This document shows positions 29,007 through 39,241 of a stretch of DNA of 64,000 nucleotides, in pieces; position 1 is the first letter of the stretch, and each line of letters starts with the position of its first letter. The position numbers and the translations under genes were made by a program. Under the pieces are notes generated by a model that searched no databases, had not been told where the DNA came from, and saw only the letters and a list, made by a program, of their open reading frames with translations. Source of the stretch: a virus; IMG/VR virus record IMGVR_UViG_3300025383_000010; one strand, written 5' to 3'.

Positions 29007-29501
29007 ATGACAAATAAAGTATACTACACCGATGAACAGATTGACACATTGGTTCATAATATCATGCGTCAAATGATCAAGGATCATTGGGTGCCTGATT
29101 ATGTTGTTGGACTGACTCGTGGGGGCCTAGTCCCTGCACTTAAGATTAGTCATTATCTCGACATTCCTATGGAGACACTTAAGGTCAGTCTTCGTGACGG
29201 TGGCGAATCTGAATCTAACTGCTGGATGGCAGAAGACGCCTACAATGGTAAGAACATTCTAATCGTTGATGATATCAATGATACTGGTGCAACACTCAAC
29301 TGGATCAAGAATGATTGGGCATGTAGCGCATTCAAACATGATCCTAAGTGGGACGGTATTTGGAATGAAAGTGTTCGCTTCGCTACATTAGTTGACAATG
29401 ACGTAAGCCTAGTTGAAGTTAACTATATCGGTGAGAGTATCAATAAGGCAGAAAACCCAGTTTGGGTCGTCTTCCCCTGGGAAGAATGGTGGAAAAGGTA
29501 G
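29007..29501 (+). CDS. Purine (xanthine/guanine) phosphoribosyltransferase
   Basis: GLTRGGLVPA, ILIVDDINDTGAT and WVVFPWE. Confidence 0.85.
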   Translation: MTNKVYYTDEQIDTLVHNIMRQMIKDHWVPDYVVGLTRGGLVPALKISHYLDIPMETLKVSLRDGGESESNCWMAEDAYNGKNILIVDDINDTGATLNWIKNDWACSAFKHDPKWDGIWNESVRFATLVDNDVSLVEVNYIGESINKAENPVWVVFPWEEWWKR

Positions 29502-29507
29502 TTGACA

Positions 29508-29738
29508 ATGTTTACATTTCAGCTTATAATTATAACTGTACTATGTGCTGCCGGGTCCTTTATATTGTACAAAAACTGGATGCATGAAATCAATTCAGGC
29601 AATAAACCGCAGTGCGTAACAAAGGGCGACATGTATTGTAATCATGTAGGTTGGTGTGATGCAGAAATCGCACTGTACCCAGATGAATATGAAATAGAAA
29701 TGAAAAGATTAAAGAATGACAAAAATCAAGATCAGTGA
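29508..29738 (+). CDS. Small membrane protein
   Basis: N-terminal TM segment. Confidence 0.45.
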   Translation: MFTFQLIIITVLCAAGSFILYKNWMHEINSGNKPQCVTKGDMYCNHVGWCDAEIALYPDEYEIEMKRLKNDKNQDQ

Positions 29739-30576
29739 ACTATTTTACTCAATTCAGGGTGAAGGTCGTTATATGGGTGTACCGAGCGTGTTCTTACGCA
29801 CGTTCGGTTGTAATTTTAAATGCAGTGGGTTCGGTATGCCCAAGGGAGAACTATCAAGTGAGCGAGAACAAATCAATCCCGAAGATTACAAGGAATATGG
29901 CGAACTTCCGCTCGTCACTACGGGATGCGACTCGTATGCATCCTGGGATCCTCGCTTTAAGCATCTTTCTCCCGTTAGGGATATTGATTCCATTGTCAAT
30001 AGTATTATGGAACTCCTTCCGTTTGGGGAATGGCGAGACGAACACCTCGTCATCACAGGAGGAGAACCACTCCTAGGTTGGCAACGTGCTTTTCCTGAAC
30101 TACTGAGTCATCCTAAGATGCAGGGTCTTAAAGAGATTACTTTTGAGACCAATGGTACTCAGGAGCTATCCCCTGCTGTTGCTGATTATCTTGAGGCTTG
30201 GGCATGGCATGATGATCGTCCGCACCCCGGCTTTGAGCGAGAAATTACTTTCAGCGTCAGTGCTAAGTTGAGTTGTTCAGGTGAGTCTCGTGAAGACGCA
30301 ATCAAGCCTGAGGTTGTTGCAAGCTATCAAAATGTAGGTCACGTTTATCTCAAGTTTGTTGTTGCAACAGAAGATGATATTAATGAAGCACTTGAAACTG
30401 TCAAGATTTATCGTGATGCAGGATTTAAGGGTGATGTTTATCTGATGCCAGTTGGTGGTGTTGAAAGCGTCTATGCTCTCAACAACAAGAATGTTGCATT
30501 GGCTGCAATGAAGCATGGTCTTCGTTATTCGGACAGGCTCCAGGTGCCACTTTTCAAAAACCAATGGGCAACTTAA
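29716..30576 (+). CDS. queE: 7-carboxy-7-deazaguanine synthase (radical SAM)
   Basis: ELFYSIQGEG, GCNFKC..(insert)..GCDS, ITGGEP and FETNGT. Confidence 0.9.
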   Translation: MTKIKISELFYSIQGEGRYMGVPSVFLRTFGCNFKCSGFGMPKGELSSEREQINPEDYKEYGELPLVTTGCDSYASWDPRFKHLSPVRDIDSIVNSIMELLPFGEWRDEHLVITGGEPLLGWQRAFPELLSHPKMQGLKEITFETNGTQELSPAVADYLEAWAWHDDRPHPGFEREITFSVSAKLSCSGESREDAIKPEVVASYQNVGHVYLKFVVATEDDINEALETVKIYRDAGFKGDVYLMPVGGVESVYALNNKNVALAAMKHGLRYSDRLQVPLFKNQWAT

Positions 30577-31904
30577 TGAAACGTATCGGATTCCTAGTTA
30601 GTTCACAGACATTGATTCCACATGGTGGTATCGGTCAGTTCACAAAGAGTTTTTGTGACTTGATGAACACACATGGAATATATGTAGATATTATCACAGA
30701 TAAGAGTCCTCAGGGTGTAGCTGATGAGTTTATCAAAGAACTCAAAGCAAATATCATCTACCCTAGCAATCCAATGCGCTATACCGATCATAGTGCTATC
30801 TTTATGTATGAGGATAGTTACTGCTATGAGCGTATGGCTAACTTTCGTGACGCTACGATCAAGGCATTAACTACGAATATTTACGATGCATTTGTGTGCA
30901 ATACCTATGAAACTATTCAGGTAATCTCTACGCTTGGATTGTCAGATTATATTCAGACTATTGCATACACTCATCTAGAAAGTCAAATCTTCAAAAATAC
31001 TAAGAATCCATTTCTTGACAGTGTAAACGAAATGATGCGTTTACAATTAAAGATGGATAACATCACTATCGGCACACAAAGTACGTTCAATAAATTGCAT
31101 TTTGACAATGCGGTTCATCTTCCTATTCCCCTTCCCGAAAAAGGCTTGTTACAAGAATATGACAAGCCTCGCGAGGGAGTATTGTTTATTGGACGTTGGG
31201 AAGAAGGTAAGAATCCTGAACTCTATCTTGACTTGATTGAACAGACTAAGCTACCTGCTCGTGTAATGACAAGTGCTAATGGTGCTAAGAAGTTTGAAGA
31301 ACGATTGAAGAAGATCGGAGTTGACTACAAGATTGCTGTCAGTGTCATTGGAGAAGAGAAGGTAGACTTCATCACAAGCTGCCGTGTAGCATTCAACCCT
31401 AGCACTGTAGAAAGCTATGGCATTGCATTTCTTGAACAGATGATTCAGCTACCTACGTTTGCGCTTGAGAATCAACGCTGGACGCAGAACTTCCCCAGCA
31501 CACAGTTCTTCACTACCAGTAAAAAGCATATGGTTGAGGATATCAAGTTTGTCTATGAGAGATATCCTACGGCAAAAGACTGGTATACTGCATATGTTTC
31601 AGTGAATCATTTCAAGATTCATGAGGATGCAGCGTTTCATAAGTGGAATCATTGTTTCAATGAGTTTGAATCTAAGAAATCAAACAACAATACAGCTAAG
31701 ATTTGTAATGAAACCACTGTTAAATATAGTGACTTTATCAAAAGTTTGAAGCGCAACATTATCTGTATTGACGATGTTAGGTCTGTGTTGTCTAATAAAC
31801 ATAAGTTTAGAATCATCTACACTGACAAGGAAACTTGGCTGACTAAGGATCCTACATTTGAACCCGTAGAAGAAGTAACTGGAATGGGATTGTTTGACTT
31901 TTGA
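30576..31904 (+). CDS. GT-B glycosyltransferase 2
   Basis: HGGIG, FIGRWEEGKNP and NPSTVESYGIAFLE. Confidence 0.8.
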   Translation: MKRIGFLVSSQTLIPHGGIGQFTKSFCDLMNTHGIYVDIITDKSPQGVADEFIKELKANIIYPSNPMRYTDHSAIFMYEDSYCYERMANFRDATIKALTTNIYDAFVCNTYETIQVISTLGLSDYIQTIAYTHLESQIFKNTKNPFLDSVNEMMRLQLKMDNITIGTQSTFNKLHFDNAVHLPIPLPEKGLLQEYDKPREGVLFIGRWEEGKNPELYLDLIEQTKLPARVMTSANGAKKFEERLKKIGVDYKIAVSVIGEEKVDFITSCRVAFNPSTVESYGIAFLEQMIQLPTFALENQRWTQNFPSTQFFTTSKKHMVEDIKFVYERYPTAKDWYTAYVSVNHFKIHEDAAFHKWNHCFNEFESKKSNNNTAKICNETTVKYSDFIKSLKRNIICIDDVRSVLSNKHKFRIIYTDKETWLTKDPTFEPVEEVTGMGLFDF

Positions 31905-31948
31905 GAAAGTGCTTGACAATGACTCAAGATAATGATAGAGTGGATACT

Positions 31949-32968
31949 ATGACAAACACTATCAAACGCATCGGCTTTGCCTGTAAGTGGGCAGAAATCA
32001 ATCACAAGGGCGAAATCGTCAGTACTGAAGGACTCAATACTGGTGGTACAACCTATGCATGGGCAAAGCGTAATACTCGCAGTAAGGTCGAGGACAAGTT
32101 GATTGAGGTTGCTAAACGCAATGTTCTCAACACTCATGCCCTCGTCAAGAAGGTAGCAACACTACCTCCCGAGTTGCGTATGCTTCGTCTTACCAGCGAT
32201 ATGCTATCGTTCTATACTATGGACGAATACAAGGACTTCTGGACTCGTCAGGATGTTCAGGATAGTCTTGCTCGTTGGTTTGCTCCTATCGGCAAGACCG
32301 CTCGTGACAACAATGTTCGTATCAGCTTTCATCCCGATCAGTTCGTGGTTCTCGCTAGTGATCGTGAGGAAGTAGTCAACAAGAGCATTGAGGAATTTGA
32401 GTATCACGTTGACATGGCTCGTTGGATGGGCTATGGTAGTAACTTTCAGGATATCAAGATCAACGTTCATATCTCAGGTCGTCAAGGTCCTGATGGTATC
32501 AAGCGTGTAATGTCTCGTCTTAGTCCCGAGGCACGTAATAGTATTACTATTGAGAATGACGAAATGACATGGGGCATTGATGCAAGTCTTGAGCTTGTTG
32601 ATACTTGCCCATTGGTCTTGGACATTCATCATCACTGGGTAAAGACTGGTGAATACATTGAACCCAATGATGATCGTATCAAGCGTTTCATTGATAGCTG
32701 GCGGGGTGTTCGTCCTACTATTCATTACAGTGTTTCTCGTGAGGACATTCTTACTAATCACTGTAAGAACACTCGACCCCATATTGATACTCTACTAGAA
32801 AGCGGTCATAAGAAGCAGCATCTTCGCGCACATAGTGATTACTACTGGAATACTGCTGTCAATGACTGGGCAATGACCCACAACGATTGGGCCGATATCA
32901 TGTGCGAGAGTAAGGCTAAGAATCTTGCCAGCTTCATGCTATATGATACATATATTAAGAAAGGTTAA
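31949..32968 (+). CDS. uvsE: UV-damage endonuclease UvsE/UvdE
   Basis: RIGFAC, RLTSD, SFHPDQF, TIENDE, LDIHHH, AHSD and MCESKAK. Confidence 0.92.
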   Translation: MTNTIKRIGFACKWAEINHKGEIVSTEGLNTGGTTYAWAKRNTRSKVEDKLIEVAKRNVLNTHALVKKVATLPPELRMLRLTSDMLSFYTMDEYKDFWTRQDVQDSLARWFAPIGKTARDNNVRISFHPDQFVVLASDREEVVNKSIEEFEYHVDMARWMGYGSNFQDIKINVHISGRQGPDGIKRVMSRLSPEARNSITIENDEMTWGIDASLELVDTCPLVLDIHHHWVKTGEYIEPNDDRIKRFIDSWRGVRPTIHYSVSREDILTNHCKNTRPHIDTLLESGHKKQHLRAHSDYYWNTAVNDWAMTHNDWADIMCESKAKNLASFMLYDTYIKKG

Positions 32969-32970
32969 TT

Positions 32971-33381
32971 ATGTTTGAAAGTATTAAGAAGTGGTTCAGT
33001 CCACCCCCTCCTCCAGCGCCCGAACCAGAAGTAAAGAAGGCAGCACCCAAGAAGAAAGAGCTTACTCCTAAGGAGAAGGCAACTGCTGCTGGTGAACCCT
33101 ATATTGCTATCTTGCAGGTAGATTTGGATCCTAACGATATCAATAACGGCAGCTTTGAGCTTGATTGGAATGACAAGTTTGTTGTCAATCTTGTCAAGCA
33201 GGGCTATAAGATTCGTCCTGATGATACTGATGCACAGATTGTAGATCGTTGGTTCCAAACTGTCTGTCGCAATATTGCACTTGAAGTGTATGAGCAAGAA
33301 CAGGCTGACCCTGAAAAGCGTGATGATGTCCGCATCATTCAGCAGCGTGATCTGGGTAATGGATTTACCGAAGTAAGCTAA
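32971..33381 (+). CDS. Hypothetical protein
   Basis: RBS present; FELDWND motif. Confidence 0.65.
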   Translation: MFESIKKWFSPPPPPAPEPEVKKAAPKKKELTPKEKATAAGEPYIAILQVDLDPNDINNGSFELDWNDKFVVNLVKQGYKIRPDDTDAQIVDRWFQTVCRNIALEVYEQEQADPEKRDDVRIIQQRDLGNGFTEVS

Positions 33382-33382
33382 G

Positions 33383-33994
33383 ATGAAGAACGTACTGTCA
33401 AATGAAAACATAGACCTTGCTATCCAATATGCCTTGGGTAATGACAATGTTTTGACAGCGTTGGATCCAAACTATCGCAACTTGTTACTAGCCTACCTAG
33501 AAGATATCAATTCGTCTACGCTCAGAGAAGCAATGATTTTGCGTATGCTAAATTATGTTTCTTATCCTAACAAGCATGGAATGGATGGTTATTGCCCTGT
33601 AACAGGAAAGCAAAAAGAAGTTAAGCCTAAACTAGTTTTTGAAAATCAAAAAGTCAGTTCGAGTGGCAAATTCAATGATATGAGCACCGAACTATTGAAC
33701 AAAAAGGATGGTAGTGACATTATCTGTGCTGCCTTCTTTAAGGGTAAGTTTTTGTATGTCGTAGAATTTCCCTATGAATTAGTGAAGCCTGTACTGCAAC
33801 GTAAAGTGGATTCTGCTGTTGTAGGTCGTAGGATTCAATCTGACTTTACCTGGAAAGATTATAATAGTGACAGCTTAAAGGTTTGGTATTTCAACGAGAC
33901 GTTGGCCAAAGATACCAACAGCCTATCTAAATTGCATTTTCAAATGCTGAAGGATCGGTTCGACAGTGCAGCAAATCGGCAATTTTCTTCTTGA
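33383..33994 (+). CDS. Possible PD-(D/E)xK (restriction-like) nuclease
   Basis: KHGMDG..KEVKP spacing fits D..ExK. Confidence 0.4.
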   Translation: MKNVLSNENIDLAIQYALGNDNVLTALDPNYRNLLLAYLEDINSSTLREAMILRMLNYVSYPNKHGMDGYCPVTGKQKEVKPKLVFENQKVSSSGKFNDMSTELLNKKDGSDIICAAFFKGKFLYVVEFPYELVKPVLQRKVDSAVVGRRIQSDFTWKDYNSDSLKVWYFNETLAKDTNSLSKLHFQMLKDRFDSAANRQFSS

Positions 33995-34050
33995 CAACTG
34001 ATGCGTTATTGTGTATTATATGTATATATTAACGGTTGAAGGATACTATT

Positions 34051-35283
34051 ATGTCTAAGAATACTAACTTTCCTTATAATTTTGAATTTGTGACGCCTAC
34101 TGGAGAAAAGGCGATCCATCTTCTTAAGCGCAAAAAGGGTGAATACAAAAGCTGTACGGTCGCCGACCGGCTCGAACAGTTGTTTGATCCCAAGAACACA
34201 AAATGGCACAACACTATTGCTAAGTGGAAAGCTGACATTGAAGCCGGGCGGCGGAAGAAGCCAAACCGCAAAAAGCGCGGAAAGCTAGTTATGGTAAAGG
34301 TAAAAGATATCGTCATTGATGATGATATCCAGCGTGATATGGACCCGGATTGGGTAGCTACTATTGCCAACCCTAATGAATTTGAAGAAGAATTCATGAG
34401 TCCGATTTATTGTATGTATGACCCTAAGAAGAAAAAGTACATTAGCATTAACGCTCAGCACACTATCGTATTAGAGACCGCACTTGCATATCATAATCTT
34501 TGGGATGGTTATGAAGGCGATCCTATGGAACTTGAAGTTCCTGTTTTTTACTTCCTTGATGAATCTCGTTCGAAGGCCCGAAAGAGCTTTAACATCTACA
34601 ATGGTCGTATCAAGCCCATCGAACCCTATATCAAGCACAAGATGAATGTTCTCGCATATCGCGTTGACGGTGACCGCACGAATAAGGATGCTAAAAAGGC
34701 TGCCGATATTCAAACCATCAACGAAGCACAGGGTTTTGAACCTATTAGCCGCGATGATAAGAAGGCCAAGAAATTCAACTGGGCTATTACGTGTGTTGCA
34801 GAAATGATGCAGCATTACGACAGGCCTGATCGCTGGAAGTTTGTTCTCAATACTCATAAGCGTTACTGGCCTAACCACCAGCTTGATACCTCTGAGGTTG
34901 ACTTGTATGGATTCATCTATGATTACTTCGTTGAATTGAAGTATGATGTTTACAGTAAGGAGTTTGATGAGGGATTTCTGAATCCTTGCATGGCAATCAT
35001 TTGGAAGTTCTTCACTACTCCAAGCGGTTTCAAGGCTGATAGTGCTGGAACTCAGGCGCGATTTAATGCTGCAAAGACTGGACTTCCTATTGATAAGGTT
35101 AAACTTGACGATAACGGTACCTGCGTGTATCTCATGAAGTTGTATAAGCACTTCGGAGGTAAGCATGAATTGCCGATGTACGTTAACAATATGCGAGAGT
35201 CTCGGATTGGCGATCTTCTTGCGTTTGTTGATAAGGATAGGACTCTCCTAGTAGAAGAAATGACTAAGTATGGCAAGTCGTAA
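34051..35283 (+). CDS. ParB/DGQH-like domain protein
   Basis: DDDIQRDMD..W..I..F..P..INAQHT. Confidence 0.5.
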   Translation: MSKNTNFPYNFEFVTPTGEKAIHLLKRKKGEYKSCTVADRLEQLFDPKNTKWHNTIAKWKADIEAGRRKKPNRKKRGKLVMVKVKDIVIDDDIQRDMDPDWVATIANPNEFEEEFMSPIYCMYDPKKKKYISINAQHTIVLETALAYHNLWDGYEGDPMELEVPVFYFLDESRSKARKSFNIYNGRIKPIEPYIKHKMNVLAYRVDGDRTNKDAKKAADIQTINEAQGFEPISRDDKKAKKFNWAITCVAEMMQHYDRPDRWKFVLNTHKRYWPNHQLDTSEVDLYGFIYDYFVELKYDVYSKEFDEGFLNPCMAIIWKFFTTPSGFKADSAGTQARFNAAKTGLPIDKVKLDDNGTCVYLMKLYKHFGGKHELPMYVNNMRESRIGDLLAFVDKDRTLLVEEMTKYGKS

Positions 35284-35725
35284 GAAAAAGTTCTTTTATG
35301 TCATCTTGACTAATCATTATTTTAAAGTAGGAGAGCAGTTTAAGCAGCGTCTGGGCTACGGGGTAACCAATGACCCCGTAGGTCGGGCTAGAAAATATAG
35401 CAACACTTCCGGTGGTGAACAAGAATTTTGCATGGTTTACTACAGCCCTAACTATGAAGTGGAAGAAGTTGAAAAGATCCTTAAGAGGAAGCTGTCTGAT
35501 GACTGTCACCAAATACATGGAGAAGATGTAGAGTGGATTAGCCCTTATAGTGACATTGACACCAACTCACTGCTCGGCATGATTGACCAAATCATCAGTG
35601 ACCTTCGTATCAACGTTATGAAACTTAAGGCTGACTATCTGCCATTTAGTCCGGCTTGGCATTCAACCGTAGGCATTGATGCCATCGAAACCAACCTAGA
35701 CACTTTTTTGGAACTTAAGGCTTGA
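35270..35725 (+). CDS. GIY-YIG/T5orf172-like protein
   Basis: FFYVI..GYGVTNDPVGRARKY..VEKILK..EWI. Confidence 0.45.
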   Translation: MASRKKKFFYVILTNHYFKVGEQFKQRLGYGVTNDPVGRARKYSNTSGGEQEFCMVYYSPNYEVEEVEKILKRKLSDDCHQIHGEDVEWISPYSDIDTNSLLGMIDQIISDLRINVMKLKADYLPFSPAWHSTVGIDAIETNLDTFLELKA

Positions 35726-35778
35726 CAACTGCTAATATATCGTGTAAAGTGTATGTATATTAACAGAGAAAGTACCAC

Positions 35779-36783
35779 ATGAAATACGCACTGATTGACA
35801 CTGCTAACACTTTCTTCCGCGCTCGGCACGTTGCTAGTCGCAATGCTGATACGTGGGAGAAGATTGGCATGGCTATTCACCTTACGTTGTCATCCGTCAA
35901 TCAGACCGTGCGTATGTTCGGCATTGATCATGTAGTCTTTATGCTTGAGGGTCGCTCTTGGCGTAAGGAAGTTTATCCTCGCTATAAGGCTCATCGCAAG
36001 GTTGACGATGCTTCTATGACAGAGGCAGAAGTAGAAGAAAACAAGATGTTCTGGGAGACTTACGAAGTCTTCACTACCTATCTGCGTGAAAAGACTAACT
36101 GTTCTGTGTTGCGTCATCCCAATGCAGAAGCAGATGACCTCATTGCTCGTTTCATTGCACTGCATCCTGACGATGAACACTATATCATTTCAAGCGATAC
36201 TGACTTTGTGCAGTTGATTGCAGAGAATGTTCATCAGTATAATGGTGTTGCTGGTCAACTTATAAAGCTGGATGGTTACTACAATGATCGTGGTAAGCCT
36301 GTCAAGGACAAGAAGACTGGCGAACACAAACTTCTTGAGGACCCCCAATATCTGTTGTTCAAGAAGATCATTCGCGGTGATGCTACTGACAATATTTTCA
36401 GTGCTTATCCCGGTGTTCGTGAAAAGGGTTCTAAGAATACTGTAGGCATTCGTGAGGCGTTTGAAGACCGTGAGAAGCAGGGCTTCAAGTGGAACAACAT
36501 GATGCTACAGCGTTGGACTGATCATGACGGTGAGGAACATCGTGTTCGTGATGACTATGAACGCAACCGTACATTGATTGATCTTACTGCACAGCCCGAT
36601 CATATCAAGGAAGCAGTTGATAGTATCATTAAGCAAGATGTACGCACTACTGCTACTCCTAGCGTAGGTCTGCATTTCATGAAGTTTTGTGGTAAGTATG
36701 AACTCACTCGTATCTCTGATCAGGGTGAAGCATACGCAAAGTGGCTCAACAATCCATATAAGGGAATTCTCAATGCCGATTGA
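35779..36783 (+). CDS. rnh: RNase H / 5'-3' exonuclease (T4 rnh, FEN-like)
   Basis: LIDTAN, SWRK..Y..YKAHR, EADDLI, SSDTDF and GDATDNI. Confidence 0.9.
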   Translation: MKYALIDTANTFFRARHVASRNADTWEKIGMAIHLTLSSVNQTVRMFGIDHVVFMLEGRSWRKEVYPRYKAHRKVDDASMTEAEVEENKMFWETYEVFTTYLREKTNCSVLRHPNAEADDLIARFIALHPDDEHYIISSDTDFVQLIAENVHQYNGVAGQLIKLDGYYNDRGKPVKDKKTGEHKLLEDPQYLLFKKIIRGDATDNIFSAYPGVREKGSKNTVGIREAFEDREKQGFKWNNMMLQRWTDHDGEEHRVRDDYERNRTLIDLTAQPDHIKEAVDSIIKQDVRTTATPSVGLHFMKFCGKYELTRISDQGEAYAKWLNNPYKGILNAD

Positions 36784-37075
36784 TCCTGTTCTACTCTGTA
36801 AAGATTGCAAGTTTAGCAAGATGAACGTAGCGAATCGTATCTTTACGCTAGGTGGTTTGGTAGGTACTGAAAGTTTTATGTACAAATGTACTAAGAACGT
36901 CAAGCCGGCGCGTGACGTAATTGACCCGGTAATTGGTCCTGAACATATCAAAGCCGAAATGAACTACTGCGAAACTGAGCGTAAGCACGGTGACTGCGGA
37001 CCTACTGGAAAATACTGGTTGCCAAAGCACAAGAAAGACCTGTTTAAGGCACTGACAAAGGATTACAATGACTGA
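36773..37075 (+). CDS. Cys-rich hypothetical protein
   Basis: LCKDCKF..C..C..CGP.GKYW. Confidence 0.6.
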   Translation: MPIDPVLLCKDCKFSKMNVANRIFTLGGLVGTESFMYKCTKNVKPARDVIDPVIGPEHIKAEMNYCETERKHGDCGPTGKYWLPKHKKDLFKALTKDYND

Positions 37076-37526
37076 ATTAGTCGCAAAGCCAATCGTTAAG
37101 AACCAATTTTGGATCGTCACTGATGGTGATAAAAAGGTTGGTAACATTGAAGCTAACAATGCGGGATATGGGGTGCAGATTAACGGCACCTTCCTGCAGT
37201 TCAACAATACAGAAGAACTAAAGAAAAAGACCAAGATCAAGTTTGAACCACTCAAGACTGACAAGACACCAGTGAAATTGCCCTATTCAGAGTATCCCAC
37301 TCCCAAGCGCATCTATAACTCGGTCTTTGATGTTCAGCGTGGACTTCATCTGTTTACTACCAGCAATAAGTCCAAGTGTCTACATGCTGCTGGCTGGTTT
37401 GTACTTGATCAAAATGGTACTCCGGGCGTAGTATTCTGTCCCAAATATATCTTCATTCAGCGGTATCCCTACTCGGGACCTTATAAAACTGAATCGGAGG
37501 CAAATGCTAAGATAAATACAGTGTAA
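37068..37526 (+). CDS. Hypothetical protein
   Basis: Coupled ORF; FCPKYIFIQRY. Confidence 0.65.
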   Translation: MTELVAKPIVKNQFWIVTDGDKKVGNIEANNAGYGVQINGTFLQFNNTEELKKKTKIKFEPLKTDKTPVKLPYSEYPTPKRIYNSVFDVQRGLHLFTTSNKSKCLHAAGWFVLDQNGTPGVVFCPKYIFIQRYPYSGPYKTESEANAKINTV

Positions 37527-37738
37527 TGACTATGCATATTAACAGATTTCTGGACAAGATGGCAGTAATGGACTCCAAACAAAACAAGGATGTCGTATTA
37601 CCCATCAGTGACGCCAGAGGCTTGCGTGATGACATTACCAGACTTTTATCTGACTTGTATGAACTACAGAAGCAGAAAGATACTGATGGCACTAAGGAAG
37701 TCATTCAGGTCGAGATTAAAGGCGGTACATTTAAATGA
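37526..37738 (+). CDS. Hypothetical protein
   Basis: TAATG-coupled; TAAATA upstream. Confidence 0.6.
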   Translation: MTMHINRFLDKMAVMDSKQNKDVVLPISDARGLRDDITRLLSDLYELQKQKDTDGTKEVIQVEIKGGTFK

Positions 37739-38046
37739 GCAGAACGCAACCCAACATTCTCTTAGAGTATGTTGACAAGAAGACATATAAGTGTGATCAA
37801 ATTGTGGAAGCCGCAGGTATCTGGGCCGTGTTCTATGATGATCAGCCTATTAACCTTAAGTCATCGCATCATCTAACAAACGACATTGCACCCAAGTACA
37901 AGAAGACCAGTTTCAGTAATCCTGGTCATGCTCGTAACCTTTGCCGTAAGTTGAATGCACAGTTCAAGACTGATAAGTTTACAGTTGTGTTTATGAACAC
38001 CGGGAGAACAGTGTACCCCGATGATCTATCCCAAGACCAAAACTGA
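37735..38046 (+). CDS. Hypothetical protein
   Basis: ATGA-coupled; KYKKTSFSNPGHA. Confidence 0.65.
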   Translation: MSRTQPNILLEYVDKKTYKCDQIVEAAGIWAVFYDDQPINLKSSHHLTNDIAPKYKKTSFSNPGHARNLCRKLNAQFKTDKFTVVFMNTGRTVYPDDLSQDQN

Positions 38047-38437
38047 AATCATTCAACTGATTCTTGCCGAGACTAAGGAGGATCCTGATTTTCCTTGGAA
38101 AGATATGCCTGCCGATAAGATAATATCCGATTGGTTTATTACTGGTCGTAGCGGCTCTGGTTTACGACTCACTGATGCAGGCATGACTGCTTTTAGTAAA
38201 GCAAACATTGCTCATTACGACTTTGATTTCAATCCTCCCAAGAATGCTAACAACCAAGTTAGCTGGGCCAAGTATACTTTAAATCTTGACAAAAAGGTAA
38301 AATGCCCTTACTATGTCGGCATTAAATTAGTTGACAAAGGCAAGAAACAACCGTATATTAGAGTATATGATCACAGAATAGCAATGATGATGACCTTATA
38401 TGGGGACTTTGAAAGCTACCTAGAATCTATTAAATAA
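38021..38437 (+). CDS. Hypothetical protein
   Basis: GLRLTDAG and CPYYV; in operon. Confidence 0.6.
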   Translation: MIYPKTKTEIIQLILAETKEDPDFPWKDMPADKIISDWFITGRSGSGLRLTDAGMTAFSKANIAHYDFDFNPPKNANNQVSWAKYTLNLDKKVKCPYYVGIKLVDKGKKQPYIRVYDHRIAMMMTLYGDFESYLESIK

Positions 38438-38513
38438 CTATAGTTTTTGTTCGCAGTTGCAGCATAAATATAGTTCGTAGTCTTTTGACTACACTTACAC
38501 ACAGGAGAAAATT

Positions 38514-38765
38514 ATGAAGACTATCGCACTAAGCCTTTTAGCGGCTATCGCTATTTCAAACCCAGCTTACGCACTTTCTTGGAAAGACAAGATGTTTGCA
38601 CAGCTTGACACCGACCACAGTGGTGAACTTTCATACGGCGAATTGGTCGCCGCTGGTTGCAGAACCGATCTAAAGTATTTCAAGATTGCTGACGAAGATC
38701 ATAGTGGTGGTCTTAGTAAGTTAGAATATTTTGAGAACCGTGAAATTCTCGGTCGCTGCAAGTAA
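38514..38765 (+). CDS. Secreted EF-hand protein
   Basis: Signal peptide; DTDHSGELSYGE and DEDHSGGLSKLE. Confidence 0.75.
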   Translation: MKTIALSLLAAIAISNPAYALSWKDKMFAQLDTDHSGELSYGELVAAGCRTDLKYFKIADEDHSGGLSKLEYFENREILGRCK

Positions 38766-38776
38766 GGATAGCTGAT

Positions 38777-39049
38777 ATGATCAAGACTTTTATGGACACT
38801 ACCATTGACGCTATCCAGTCAACTAAGAAGATTGCAATTGATGCACTCGTTAAGCACGAGGTTCTTGCTAAATCTCTTAACGATTTCGTGGATACTCAAA
38901 CCGAGTATACTAGAAAAGCAGTTGATGCTAGCCTAGAAGCTGGTACCAACGTGTACAATGTCATTACAGATAAGGCATTTTACACTGAAACACTAAAGAC
39001 TATGCAGGAAACTGCAAAGTCATTTTACACACAGAGGAAAGGAAATTAA
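38777..39049 (+). CDS. Phasin-like helical protein
   Basis: Amphipathic 90-aa helical pattern (FVDTQTEYTRKAV). Confidence 0.4.
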   Translation: MIKTFMDTTIDAIQSTKKIAIDALVKHEVLAKSLNDFVDTQTEYTRKAVDASLEAGTNVYNVITDKAFYTETLKTMQETAKSFYTQRKGN

Positions 39050-39050
39050 T

Positions 39051-39176
39051 ATGAGTAAGTTTGCAGGAACCGTCTTTGACCCAGCTACTCCAGCTATCAC
39101 TAGAGTCAGTCGTGTCGGAGCGGCAGCAGTTGTTTCAACCTGCGCTATGCTATTTTACATGCTTTTAACACTATAA
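39051..39176 (+). CDS. 41-aa membrane peptide (not in the ORF track)
   Basis: AAGGA RBS; MSKFAG..CAMLFYMLLTL. Confidence 0.5.
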   Translation: MSKFAGTVFDPATPAITRVSRVGAAAVVSTCAMLFYMLLTL

Positions 39177-39241
39177 TGTGGCCCTATACAAATGATGAAT
39201 GGGAATTCGTTTCCATTACTAATAAAAACTGAGGAAGTAAT

